Shown here piece after piece: positions 1-12,990 of a DNA stretch of 64,000 nt. A model generated the notes under the pieces. That model ran no database searches, was not told where the DNA came from, and was given only the letters and a program-made list of their open reading frames with translations. The stretch's first letter is position 1, and each line of letters starts with the position of its first letter. A program made the position numbers and the translations under genes. The DNA is taken from NCBI GenBank assembly GCA_964016885.1, contig OZ024740.1, forward strand, positions 249,488,001-249,552,000, read 5' to 3'. This stretch comes from Eledone cirrhosa. Lineage: Eukaryota.

Positions 1-915
1 TCTAACACTTGGCCAAGTTTACCCTCAGACTCTTTGATTCCAAATTCCATTTCTATAGACATAGACAAAACTTATTTTCTAGTTCTTTTATGGATTCGGC
101 TCTAAGAACCAAATCATTTGCATGGAGAAGTTCACATGGACAGCCAGTTTTAAACTCCTCTGTTATGGTCTTGGAGGACTATGATGAACAGCAAGTGGAC
201 TAAGAACCGAACCTTGATGAACTCCTACCTGTACCTTCAATTCCTCATAAACTCACAAGCCAATCTTTTACACCTAATTTCCTTAAGGACCACCAGATAA
301 TGGATCGAGGTATCCTGTCAAAGGCCTTTTCTAGATGAAAAAAAAAAGCTAAATATAATGGCTTTTTCTTGGCTAGGAACTTCTCCTGTAGTTGCCTCAC
401 TAAGAAGAAGGCATCTGTAGTACTTTTCCCAGGCTTGAAATCAAACTGTATCACGTCTAATTTGACTTTTTCCCTAATTAACTGCGCTATAACTCTTTCT
501 GTCACTTTCATAACTTGATCCATTAGTTTTATTTCTCTGTAGTTGTTCCTTTCTAGAGTTTGCTCCGGTAGCAATTTATGATTGTACTGCTATGTCAGTC
601 ATTGGGTATAATTCCATCCTCTATTACCTGATTGATTATGCAGGTTGCTCGTTCGACTTCTGATGCTTTTAGCGTCTCAGCAACTATCTCAGACGGGGTC
701 ACAGCTTTACCATTCTTCATCTCTTTGATTGCTCCTTTGACTCTATAACTGTCAACTTCAATATCTGGTCCTTCTATTGGGTAAGCTGAGGGTAGTTTTT
801 CTTCCTCTCATTCATCAATCTCTCATAGTAACATCTCCAGGCCTCTTTCTTTTGGGCATCAGTGGTGCTAAGTGTACCAGTGTCATTTCTAACACATTTT
901 CTGCCAACATCTCAA
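1..915 (-). mobile_element. RTE-clade LINE, RT region fragment (probable outer element of nested stack)
   Basis: ORF 245-574 contains QFDFKPGKSTTDAFFLVRQLQEK and LEKAFDRIPR. Frameshifted. Confidence 0.9.
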
Positions 916-1666
916 TTTACACTAACACACTGCCTTGCAATGTGAAAATGATGCTACAAATTTTTCTGGGTGGGAAATTACGACGGACTGGGTGGAGTAG
1001 GGATTTTGGTATTGCTGTTAACAGTAAATGACAGTATAATTAAACTTAGACTTGTACTAAACAGAACAACCATGACAGCTCCTCAATTGGACTCCCAGAT
1101 GTACTAACAGACAGGTTCTATGAGTCCCTAATGCCTACTAACTCCCAAATAAATGACAGTGACTTCCTACTCATTGCAGGTGTCTTCAATGGGCATGTGG
1201 GGCAACTCTGTGAGGGCTTTGATGGGATCCATGGGGATTATGGGTACGGACCTAGAAATGAGGAAGGCTTCAGACTACTGGAATTCTGCAACACAAACTT
1301 CAACCACCTAATCACCTATAGATCAGCCAAATAGATTTCATCCTTACTAGAAGTGACTGTTAGGAATACAAAATCCCTCCCCAGTGAAGAATGCACCTCC
1401 CAACATAACTTAGTAGTTAGCGACATTATAGTCAGGGGTAGAAGAACCTGACAACAGAAGCCAACCATGGAAGCTAAAAGACCCATCAAACAGTAACAAA
1501 TTTAGAAGTATGTAGACTGATGCCTTTGACAGCAAGGAAGAGCAAATAGAGACATACGATATAGAGGAACAGTGGGAGTTCCTGAAAGGTAACCTACTGA
1601 AGGCGACATGAAATCTGTGGTTGGAGTAGATCTCTAGGGAGTTACTTGGTGGTGGAATAGTAAAGT

Positions 1667-3173
1667 CATCATCATCATCACCGTTTTACGTCCGTTCTTC
1701 CACGCTAGCATGGGTTAGACGGGTTGTCCTATTGTGGGCAGTGTCCGGTCGGCTAACCTTGTCTTGCTTATATGGGAACTGATTCTGGCTTGATTTCTAC
1801 AGCTGGATGCCGTTCCTAACACCAACCTCATTTACAGTGAGTACTGGGTACTTTTTTCTGTGGCGCCTACACGTCCACTTTACAGTGTGGGCTGGGTGCT
1901 TTTTCGCCATGGCACCTCCACGACCACTTTGCAGTGGGAGGGTGTGGGGCATATTGTCTATATGCTTCAGCTTCGGCTTGTACCCGTGGGGGGTCGGGTC
2001 CTCTATATTACTGCGTGACGCCAGAGGTCACGGTCGTGTGTCATCGCCTTTGAGAGGTGTAATTGGGTAAGGTCGGCTTTTATCACCTCATCCCAGGTCT
2101 TCTTGGGTCTCCTCACTCCAAGGCTTTCATCAAATTGAGTGCTCTGCACCTTTTTATGCAGCTGCCATCCTTCATACGCATCACATGTCCATACCAACAG
2201 AATCTACTCTCCTACATACAACATTACTATTACACATCCATCAGAACATGCAAGCTTCGTTTCTTTGTAATCTATGCAAGTCTTCCACAGACAGCGCCCA
2301 GGTCTCACTACCATGTAACATTGCTGTTCGTATACACGCATCATACAGTCTGCCTTTCATTTTGAGGGAAAAGCCTTTTGCAGCTAGCAGTGGCAGTAGC
2401 TCCCTGAACTTCTTCCATCCTGTTCTTACCCTAGTTATTGTACTTTCCGAACACCCACCTCCGCTGCTAATTTGGTCACCTAGGTAGCAGAAACTGTCTA
2501 CTGTTTCTACAGAGCCCTCCCAGAGTTTGGTGGTACTTGTTTCCTGTGGCTGTTTGCTGCTTGCTGTCCCAGCACAGCTGCTACATGTGAAGCCTACATT
2601 CTTAGTTAAGCTTCCTGAGATCCCGCTACATCTCTTGTGTACCCATTGTTTGCATTTGGGGCAGAGAATGGAGGTCTTACCTTCACCTTTCCTACATACT
2701 GAGCAAAGCCATTTTCCTGAGGGGATCTAGGTTCAGTTTTCTTGTCTACTTTCGAGGACCTTAGTCTTTGTCAGGTTGACTTTGAGACCCTTTCTTTCTA
2801 GTCCCTGCTGCCAAGTTTGGAATTTCTTCTCTAGTTCTACCATAGATTCAGCTATAAGTGCGAGGTCATCTGCATACAGGAGTTCCCATGGGCATCCGGT
2901 CTTAAACTCCTCTGTTATTGCCTGCAGGACTATGATGTACAGGAGAGGGCTAAGAACAGAGCTCTGGTGGACACCGACTTGTATGCTAAATCCCTTGCTA
3001 TACTCATTGCTAATCCTAACTTTGTTGACTGTTTCCCTATACATGGCTTGTACAGCTTTCACAAGCCATTCATCTACTCCTAGTTTTCTAAGAACCCACC
3101 AGATTATAGCACGGGGAACTCTGTCAAAGGCTTTCTCGAGATCGACGAATGCCAGGTAGAGTGGCTTACTTTG
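1667..3173 (-). mobile_element. 5'-truncated younger RTE LINE nested in the plus-strand RTE
   Basis: (CAT)n tail at 1667, RT motif WELLYADDLALIAE, AAAGT on both flanks (1662-1666, 3174-3178). Confidence 0.9.
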
Positions 3174-3906
3174 AAAGTAAATGAGATAATTAAGGCCAAA
3201 AGACAGGCTTGGAAAGATTGGTGAAATAGGGGTAGCAGAGAAGTCTACTAGAAGAGAAGTGAGGCAACAAGTTTACTTCGCTAGGAGGGAAGCAGAAAAA
3301 AAAATATTTAAGCATGTTTTGCAACTTGAGGATAAAAAATGTGAGGTGTTCAGAATCGCTAGACAGTGTGTCAGGGAAAATTGTGATGTTGGTGGAGAGA
3401 AGTGTGTCAGAAATAATCTCAGCGAATTTGCCCTCACTGACGCTGAAAAGAAGGTAGGTAGCATGGAAGTGCCACTATGAAAGATTACTGAATGAGGAGA
3501 ATGCATAGGAAGAAAATAGTTTGTCATATGTTAACCCAACAAAGGGATCGGCTGTACAAGCTAGCAGTAGTATAGTAAGTAAGGCAATCAAGAATATGAA
3601 GTCAGGCAGGACGGCTGGCCCCTCAGGGATAGTGGCTGAGATGCTGAAAACTTCAGGTATGGTGGGCCACACCATAGCGTCTCACATTGTAAACTTAGTT
3701 ATACAAAATGGTGTCATACCCAATGACTAGTGTAGTAGTATCATTGTAAACTGCTACAAGGGCAAAGGTTATGCTCTAGATAGAGAAAACAAAGAAGTAT
3801 TAATTTGGTTGACCAGGTTATGAAGGTCTCTAAAAGAGTCATAGCTCAGTTGGTTAGAGAACTATTTAACCTAGATGAGATGCAGTTTGGATTTGTACCA
3901 GGTAAA

Positions 3907-4703
3907 CTCAAGCTAGCTGTGGACAAGTGCACCACCATGCATTTTGGGAGTAAAAACTCAGCGTCCACATACTCCCTCCACAGCACTAATATCAAGAAGT
4001 CTTCTTGTGAACGCGACCTGGGCATTACGGTCAGCAACAATTTGCGTTGGATGAAGCATGTCTCTAAAATTGTCAAGAGGGCCGAGAGTGTCTTAGTATC
4101 ACTCAGCAAGACCTTTGTCAGCCACTCTCCAGCTATCTATTTAAGGCTGTACATGACTATGGTGCGGCCACACTTAGAATTTGCATCACCAGTCTGGAAC
4201 CTCTATCTTGTTCAGAACATTGACTGCCTGGAAACTGTTCAGAGACGTGCAACCAAGCGAATACCCTCCATCAGGCCTCTACCATACTCTGAGTGCCTTG
4301 CTTCCCTGGACATGGATACATTGAAGCTCCGACGCCTGGCAACTGACTTGGTAAACACCCACAAAATTGTTAACCCTCTTGCCAACAACAACCCTGACTA
4401 CCTTTTTCATTTCCATCTGTCTAACACATGTGGGCATGCCCACAAAGTCAGAAAACAGCACAGTTCCCATGACTTTCGGAAACATTTTTTCACGCTCAGA
4501 GTTGCTGAAGCATGGAACAAACTACCTGCATCGGTTGTTAGCTGTCGAGACACTGCATCCTTTAAGGCCTCCATGCTTCCCGAGATTCGCCAACACTACA
4601 CCTAATGTTCCCCCTCTATACACATACACACATGTATATCATGACTCATACACCTTTGACGAGTTGTAGTGCACCTGAGCACTTTACACAATAATTTCAT
4701 TAT
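3907..4703 (+). mobile_element. 5'-truncated CR1/L2-group LINE 3' end nested in RTE
   Basis: ERDLGITVS, VRPHLEFASPVWN, ETVQRRATKRI, FFTLRVAEAWNKLP. Short (ATT)n tail; TAAA at both junctions. Confidence 0.85.
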
Positions 4704-5771
4704 TAAAAGTACCACAGATGCCCTAGAAATATAGGAGTTGACAAATGGCTTGTGAGTGTAGTTCAAGCCATGAAGAGTCAGCAAGGTCAAAATTAACAAT
4801 GACTATAGCAAAGAATCACCTTCAAATGCCCAGAAGGCTCGGTAGAAGTGGTAGATAGTTTCTGTTACCCGGGTGACCAAATCAGTAGTGGGGAGGGTGT
4901 TCTGAAAGCACAGTAACCAGAGTGAGATCGGGTTGGAGAAAGTTCAGGGAGCTACTACCGTTACTAACAACAAAAGGTTTTCCCCTCAAAATGAAAAGCA
5001 GACTGTAAGATGCATCTATACGAACAGCAATGTTGCATAGCAGTGAGACCTGGGCACTGTGTGCTGAGGACCTGCAATACCAATATATGTGAATGGCAAA
5101 GCATAAATGTACTTTGTAAGAAATTAGGCATAAGAGGGATCGGTTGTTGTGTTGGTATGGACATGTGATGTGTATGAAGGATGACAGTGTACAAAAAGGT
5201 GCAGGGTGCTCAAAGTTGATGGTAGACATGCAGTGGGCAGGCCTTGGAAGACTTGGGATGAGGTAATAAATGCTGACCTTGCACAATTACACCTCACCAA
5301 GGCAATGACACAGGATCATGACCTCTGGCGCTATGCAGTACTACAGAAGATCCGCCCTCCCATGTGCTTGAGCAGAGGCATATATCTCATAGGCAACACC
5401 TCCCTTTGCTGTAACCAACCTTCCCCCATTACCAACATCCTCAATTTCCCCAAGCTTCTCTTCCTCACCATCTCTAATTCACATCCCACACCATGAAGTG
5501 CTCCCCACCCCTCACTGTACAGTGGTCATGTATGTGTCAAGACAAAAGCGCCCAGTCCACACTGTAAAGTGGTTGCGTATGTGACACGAAAAAAAGCACC
5601 CAATACACACTGCAAATGTGGTTGGCGTTAGGAAGGGTATCCAGATGTAGAAACCAAGCCAAAATCAGCCTCAGGTGAGCAATACAGTCCCCTGACTTGA
5701 TTCTCTCCCAAAGGGTCAGCCCGTCCTACCTATGCTAGTGTGGAAAATGGACATTAAACAATGATGATGTT

Positions 5772-6475
5772 CCGCTGATTGATATGAAATCAGGTGGCAG
5801 GCTGGTTTCCTGGAATTTGTGTTGCAGATGGTTAGTTCATTTGCATCACAGAATTCCAGGAGTCTCAGCACCTCTTCATTCCTTGAGCCATAACCACAGC
5901 CACCATGAACATGAACTCTGCTGAATCTATCCCAAATGTCCGTTGAAGTCACCTTCCAGGATGATGAGGTCTTTTTCATCAGTCCCTGAAGTTGTCTGTA
6001 AAGATTCCCCATAGAACCTGTCCTTTTGGTCTTTACTCAGTCCTGCCTGTGGAGCATAGGTAGATGCAATTGTCACCATTCTGTTTCAAGCAACTAATCT
6101 AAGCTTGATTCTGTCACTTACTCTAACTACCTCTATCACCTTATCTACCCATTTCTCAGCTAGTAAGATGCCTATACCACCTACCCGATTGTCATTTCTT
6201 ACCCAGTACAATTTATAACTGTTGTTTGCTTGTGATTAGTCTCGCTGAGGCACCCCTCTATCTCACTTCTTGTACACAGCATACATTTACTCCTCTCTAA
6301 CAGTTCCCCAATTTCACCTGATTTACCTTTCAGGGTGCCAACATTGAGATGTGTACCTTGACAGTTGCTGTTATTTCCATTAGTAGAGGTTCTATGTACC
6401 TGAAAGGAAAAAAGGCTGTGTGACAGCTCGATGACGGTCGAGGGGTTCTCGCACATGGCTTCTCCTGACCTGTAT
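5772..6475 (-). mobile_element. RTE LINE 5' (APE endonuclease) fragment
   Basis: HLNVGTLKGKSGEI and GYGSRNEEVLRLLEFCDANELTICNT. Confidence 0.85.
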
Positions 6476-6477
6476 AC

Positions 6478-6712
6478 ACATCATCATCATTGTTTAATGT
6501 CCATCTTCCATGCTAGCATGGGTTTGTCCCATGAGGCAAGATTGGTCGGGTGACTGTGTCTCGCTCGTACAGAACTGTTTCTGGCAGGTTTTCTACGGCT
6601 GGTCACCCTTCCTAACATCAACCACATTGTGGACTGGAAACCTTTTTACTGTGTCTCCTACACGATCACTTTACAGTGTGTACTGGGTGCTTTTTGTTGT
6701 GTCACCTACACA
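6478..6712 (-). mobile_element. RTE 3'UTR/tail fragment
   Basis: catcatcattgtttaatgtccatcttccatgctagcatggg tail shared with other RTE copies in the window. Confidence 0.8.
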
Positions 6713-6801
6713 ATTAGTGAAAATCATGTTTGTATTTGTTTCCAATTCACATTTTCAATAGGAAAAGAAAATAAGAATTAGAGATATTGAAATAAATAGT
6801 A

Positions 6802-7900
6802 TTAGGTCATTAAGTATGAAATGTCTGATTTCCTTAAGCACTAAGTTTGAGAGTTTTTAGTTTTGTTTTATAAATGTATGTTTTGGTTTGTGATTGTTTT
6901 TCAAATTGATTGTTTCAGATCAATTTTTGTGAACCCAGTGCGGCTGATGAACGCACAGTATGTTGATGGTTTGAGAAGTTCCGTTCTGGTGACTTTAATC
7001 TTGAAAATAAGCCATGTGGGAGACCTGTTACCAAGATGGATAATGGTGAGCTGAAAACTGTAGTGGAAGCAGATACATCTCGAACTACACATGAATTAGT
7101 GGCAAGGTTTGTCGTTACTATTTCAACAATATTGGTCTATTTGAAACAAACCAGCAAGGTAAAGAAGCTAGACCAATGGGTTCCATATGAATTTAATGAG
7201 CGTCAGAAGAGAACCCCCCCTCAAAGCATGTTGTTCTCAGTCTTGCATTGTATTGTATTATGTGATGAAAAATGGGTTCTTTTCAACAATTCCAAGCATT
7301 CAGCACAATGGCTAGATAAAGATGAAGTGCCGAAATACAGACCAAAACACAATATTCACCAAAAAAAGCTGATGGTGTCTGTTTGGTGGTCCAGCGCTGG
7401 CATCATCCACTACAGCTTTGTGAGACCTGGCCAATCAATTACAGCAGATGTATACTGCAACCAATTGAACGAATTGATGAGGGAGCTTGCGATTAAACAG
7501 TCGAGATTGGTTAATAGAGACAGGCCAATCTTCTTGCAAGACAACGCTCAACCACATGTTGCACAAACAACGCTGCTCAAACTGCAGAAGCTGGACTTAG
7601 AAACTCTTCGTCACTGACCATATTCACCAGACCTTGCATCAGCTAACTATCATGTCTTCCAAGCATTGGACCACTTTTAAGGAAAAACATTCAATTTCAC
7701 GAAGCTGCGAAAACAGCCTTTTACGATTTCATTGCCCTTCAGCCTTCTTTGCTGCCAGCATAAACAAGTTAGCATTAAGATAGCAAAAGTATGTTGAAAG
7801 CTTAGGTGCATAATTTGATTAATTGCACAGCTTCTTTTTTGAGATAAAATAAACTAAACTTTGAATCTGAAATCAAACATTTCATACTTAATGACAGGAT
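6802..7900 (+). mobile_element. Defective mariner (DD34D-type) DNA transposon
   Basis: Inverted ends gtcattaagtatgaaatgt(c/t)tgatttc. Transposase motifs WVPYEF, CDEKW, LQDNAQPH, then a stop before PYSPDL. Confidence 0.92.
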
Positions 7901-7935
7901 ACTATTTTTTGACATGCAAAACAATTATTTCTTAC

Positions 7936-8014
7936 CTGGCTACCAGTAGTTTGATAGTATGTTCCACCAACAGAAGAGTACATAGTGTTAGGAGTATATT
8001 CTTGATAACCTGAC
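7936..8014 (-). CDS. Rfx: RFX1/2/3-like exon (SGYQEYTPNTMYSSVGGTYYQTTGSQ)
   Basis: Acceptor attgttttcag, donor CAG|GTAAGA. 79 nt, phase 2 to 0, in frame with the previous exon. Resembles RFX3 TYPYTETQMYSQNTGGNYFDTQGSSAQ (recalled). Confidence 0.88.
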
Positions 8015-9237
8015 CTGAAAACAATATATGGAAAAATAAGAATGAAAAAGGGACACCAGATATGTATCTATATTTTTACATACAACATTTACAATGAAAC
8101 TTATATTTTGAATTGATGCTTTGTAGGTATAGTAAGTAAGTGGCATGCTGATTTTTCACATCATATTTTTGTGGGAAAAGGTGACTTATACATGAATATA
8201 TATAGTATACAAAAGAGAAGACAAGACTAAACAAAATACTAAGCATGCGTGCACATATGCTGACACAAACACACCTGTGTTACCCTTTTTATGGTCATAG
8301 CAAATTTGCATTTTGCCAAAGTGTTGTAATCTGCAATTTCAAGAAATCAATGTCATATATTTCACAAAAGTTGGCTAACAAAGTCATTTCATCCAACCTT
8401 TTTAATAAACAGCAAGCATGCTGATGCAAGTACAGAAATCTCGTGATAACAAATAATTATACTGCTAGTAATTAACATAACAACACATGCCAATGAGGAG
8501 CCTCTACATGGTCAAATGAACTGCTAGAAATAGCAACCAAATTCCCTCATATTTCTCCAACTGACTTAGAAAAGAACCCGTTGAATAATGTTACCCTAGG
8601 ACAAAAATGGGATGGTAATAGTTAGAATGCTTTTGATAATAGGTCTACTGAATCAGAGCAGGTCTGTGGTTAAACAACAGAGCTTGGGCACTAAAGGTGA
8701 AAAGTGAGAGGAACTGAATATCTTGAGAAGTTGCTTTTCTTAAGGCAAATGCTTAAATTAATCAAATGTCAAAATGTAAGAGTTGGCCTATTTTAGTAAT
8801 TAGTTTTGGTCCTACAATATCAAGTGACAGATACTGCAAAAGTTTTGTTAAGTATATAAATTGGCCAGTTGTGATTTTGATGAACCTACTAGAGTCAGCA
8901 AATATTCAATGTTTTAAGCATACGTCAAATGTGGGAGTTTACTTTTAAATTCAATCTAAAATGATTGAAATTGTGATAATGTAGCAATTTTCAAGATGAC
9001 AGAATGAGATATTCTATACACAATAAAAACTTCAGTTAGTAGGTAGCAATTGTCTATTTAATTGTTTATAATTGTTTTTCCAATATTACTAAAATTGCTT
9101 CCATCATTAAATCTGTTTCATATGATTTAATACCAAGCTGTTTCACAATATCTTCCCAAATTAAAGATAACTCTCTATCGCTATCAATAAGCCACTGTTG
9201 AGTGTGCTCATTTACAGCAGCAAAAAATAACTTCCAT

Positions 9238-9456
9238 TTAACCCATCAGCATTTAAACTGACCATATCCGGCCAGAATTCTCTCACCTCTTTCTGTTTAA
9301 ACCAGCTGTAACCAGTGGCTCATACTGATGTTAAGGTATTGTTCTCAAAATAAATAATATCAAAATCTCATAGAATCAATACTATGAGATAATTTAGAGC
9401 CTTTGCTATGAAAATATAATAGTATATATAGAGTAGTGTAAATGCTAATGGGTTAA
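9238..9456. mobile_element. piggyBac-like MITE family A (other copies 20085-20296, 61081-61273, inverted ~23909-24130)
   Basis: TTAA-CCC..AGCATT / AATGCT..GGG-TTAA ends and a shared body (tatccggccagaattctctcacctc). Confidence 0.75.
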
Positions 9457-11759
9457 GTATTTGATAGGATGATACTGCCAATATTATTAGTTTTCAACAT
9501 TCCTTTGCAAAATGTCTTTATCATCTTACAATTGAGACATTATTTATCAACCTTTAGGCCATGTAAGTATTTTAGCTTGGATTGATGTGGATTTCCTGAA
9601 GGCAGCAACATAAGGATGATGGTTTTTCATAGTAATACTGTCCATAAGGAGACATTACCTCTTGGTTGTTGTATCTCCCAGTCTTAACAGAAATATTTCC
9701 ATTTTATTGTTCAGATTTATAAATCTAAGATATATTTCAAACTGGATAATATATTTATCAAACACATTTACAGAATTATCTTTTATCAAAGGAAGGTTGA
9801 TTTTAATTGACGATATATTTGATAATAGTAACTTCTGGAGTGTGAAAATTGTAACCTGTAATTTTAAATAGTCAATTCAACCATAGATATATTTCAAATA
9901 TCAGTTCTTATAATATAAGATATTTATAAAATATCCAATAATAGAATATATCAAGAATCCAGAGAATGCATTTGTTTTTTAACAACTGACCAACCAATTA
10001 CAAGTATGTAACAATGCATGCAAACCAGCCAAATAAATTGAATAGTAAATGTGAAGGTGCATGGCTTAGTGTTGAGCTCACAATTACAAGATTGTGGGTT
10101 TTACTTTTTTAACAGACCGTGTGTTGGTGTGTTGTGTGCTTGAGCAAGACTCTTCATTTCATGTTGCTTCAGTTTGCTCAGCTGAAAATGAGCACCAACA
10201 GTAGCTGAGGATTAATTTTGCAACAGACCGGCATCCTGCCCAAAGAGGGGACTTGTATACTCAGTCACCTAATGGCACATGAAAACAGGACAAGCCTGTT
10301 GGGCCTTTAAGCTCAAGAAATACTTCAATTTTAAATATGGTATGTAGGTTGGCACTTTAAACCTAACATAGAAACTTATGTGCATGTGTACATACAAATA
10401 TATAAACATAATATGGTTGCTAAAGATCATAAAATTGGAGCATCCTTTTATAACATAAACTATGTTTCAATGAGAATGAACTATACTAATGAATAATGCA
10501 CAAATTGTGAAACAAATATAAGGTTAAAGTGTAATTAGTAGCATATGTGTCCAACTCATGTAAATATGTTCTTTCTGTGATGTAAAAGAACATATGCTTG
10601 GCCATCATATAGCAAATGTTGTCTTTTTATTGATAATTTGAAGATGCATGTTTGTACATAATACCAATTCTGTATTATTATTATTATTATTAAGAGATAT
10701 TTATGTAATAGTTATGATAAAAGCTTCAAACCATTGCTTTGCAGCTCATTAACAAGCAATGGTCATACTCATTACTGAGTCTTCTTCTATTATCATGTGC
10801 ATGTGTATGTATACTATAAGAAAACAAGAGTGGAAATATGAATGTACAGCTGCAGAAAGAGAGAATGAAAAGATACAAAAATATCATGAAATTGATATCT
10901 ATGAAAATAATCCTATTAACCAATTTTAAGGCCAAATATGGTAGCAAAAAGGAGTTGGACAGGTCAGGTCTATACAGACCAAGTCAATATTGAAGCGGGG
11001 TTACTGATCTCCCAAACACGGTTATCATATTTTGATACAACTGCAGGGTTCTCCCAACTCTTTATTTGGCAAGCTTTCTATGACTGGATGCCCTTCCTAT
11101 CACTAACCACTTTACAGCGTGTACTGGGTGCATTTATTGTGTAAATCACCAACATTAAAGAGCTTGCCATACATTGGTCCTCTCGACCCATTTTTTTTTT
11201 ACGAGAACACTGAAGCGGTGAGGGTGGCACTTACCAATGCTGGAAAAGGGGAGGTAACAAATCCTGTCAGGCTGTCTGGGTTAATACCACAATCTATTCT
11301 TTGGCTTTTTTTAGGAGTTTAATCAGTTACAAACTTTCAACTCATTTTGCAGACAATGACATGTTCAGAATGAGCATTAACTATATCTAGCTCTTAAATT
11401 TCAGAGAGACTACACTGCCTATTTTCATGTATCATCATCATTTTACATCTCACTTATACTTTACATTTTTGGCATGGTTTCTATGGTTGGATACCCTTCA
11501 ACATGCCAATCACTTTACAGAATGTTCTGGAACCAATGTATATGCTAGCATGGAAACTTGATTCACCTTCCGTGACCAACCCATACTGTCCCCTTCACAC
11601 TTACATCCTACAATATGTTAGACACCACCCACTTGCTTCAAGACCATTCCCATGATTCCTCTTCCATATGAGAGCTCTCACCTCATCCAGTCCATAAATT
11701 TCTAATTTTTTACAGTAGCTCCCACTCACATTAATGCCTTCCCAGCCTGACAAAGGACA

Positions 11760-12215
11760 CCAAGCACCATAGTGTTGTAATGAAGTGCTGGTGCTACAAT
11801 AAAAAAACACTCAGCCCACTGTGTAAAGTGGTAGTGCCGGTGCTATGATAAAAAGCACCCAGTTCACCCTGCAAGATGGTAATGTTGGTGCTATGATAAA
11901 AAACACCCAGTCCACTATGTAAGATGTTAGGAGTGGTGCCAACAGAAAGCACCCAGTCTGCACTGTAGGATGGCAGGGCTGCTGCCACAACAAAAAGCAT
12001 CCATTCCATCCTGTAAGATGTTAATGCTAGAGTTACAATAATATGCTCCTAGTACTCAGTGTAAAGTGGTTGGTGTTAGGAAGGGCAACCAGCTGTAGAA
12101 AACCAGCCAAAAATGAAGCATAAGAGCAAGATGTAGTCATCTAACCAGTGAAGCCTCAGTAAGTGACAGCTCATCTAACCCATGTAAGCATGGAAAATAG
12201 ATGTTTAAATGGTGA
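11760..12215 (+). repeat. RTE-type 3'UTR with an expanded array of ~44-bp subrepeats
   Basis: About 7 degenerate copies of aaaagcacccagtccact..gtaagatggtagtgttggtgctatgat, then the ggttggtgttaggaagggca motif and tail. Confidence 0.7.
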
Positions 12216-12805
12216 TTATATATATGTGTATATAGAAGACCTCAAATACTGATGTCTTATATAACTCTTAGGTTACATTGTTAGAAGAAAATGAGATTGC
12301 GATGATCATGCCTCATTTTTATACCATGCATTTTTGTAGCTTCCAACAAGGCAATTATTGGTTCACTGCTTCCTACCGACAACAGTAACAAGGTAGTGTG
12401 TAATTAGGTTGAAATAAATACCACAAGGAATTTTCATTTGATGCATTAGTTTATCACTTTTTAAACTGATATGCATATAATTCTTTGATACACAGACATG
12501 CATATATATTATGACCATGTGCACCTTGGTTTTTAGAATAGGCACATCGTATCCTTGCTTGAGGTGACTAAAAGGGTTAGTATCTAGCAAGGCTATAAAA
12601 TTCTGCCCCAAAAGGCACTGACCAACTCATACTCAGATGTGAAAGCAGATGTGAAAAATGACAAAGATGTATACATAATATATGCTGGGCTAAATTTCCC
12701 TCATAACATACTGGCTAACTTGTGGTTGCTATAACAGAAGACATGTGCTCAAAACTTAAACTTACATCATATCAACAAGTTTATATTATATATACATGCA
12801 CTTAT

Positions 12806-12990
12806 AATAATTGTTTCTACTTTTGGCACAAGGCCAGCAATTACCCAGTGCATTACTGGTACTTTATTTTATCGACCTCATAAGGATGAAAGGGAAAATT
12901 AACCTCGACGGGATTTGAACTCAGAATGGCAAGGGCCGTAACTCTATGCGTCAAAGCATGGCATCTGACCCTCTACCAATACTGCCAACA
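12806..12990 (-). mobile_element. tRNA-derived SINE family 1
   Basis: Reverse complement of 22260-22465. Confidence 0.85.

Larger units (their letters stand above)
960..5769 (+). mobile_element. Degenerate RTE LINE (APE, RT, 3'UTR, ATG-repeat tail) interrupted by two insertions
   Basis: APE motif FNGHVG..GYGPRNEEGFRLLEFC. The frame WWNSK|VNEIIKAKRQAW is continuous across 1667-3173, and FVPGK|STTDA is continuous across 3907-4703. Tail ggacattaaacaatgatgatg. Confidence 0.85.

Noticed and set aside
7036-7617. 193-aa transposase ORF as an active or domesticated (SETMAR-like) gene
   Set aside because: Internal deletions, a stop before YSPDL, and the third catalytic Asp position appears mutated. 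TIRs are retained and there is no SET domain.
11760-12070. Regularly spaced ~44-bp repeats resembling a CRISPR array
   Set aside because: These are degenerate tandem units without unique spacers. The same unit occurs in RTE 3'UTRs across the window, the context is eukaryotic and there are no cas genes.
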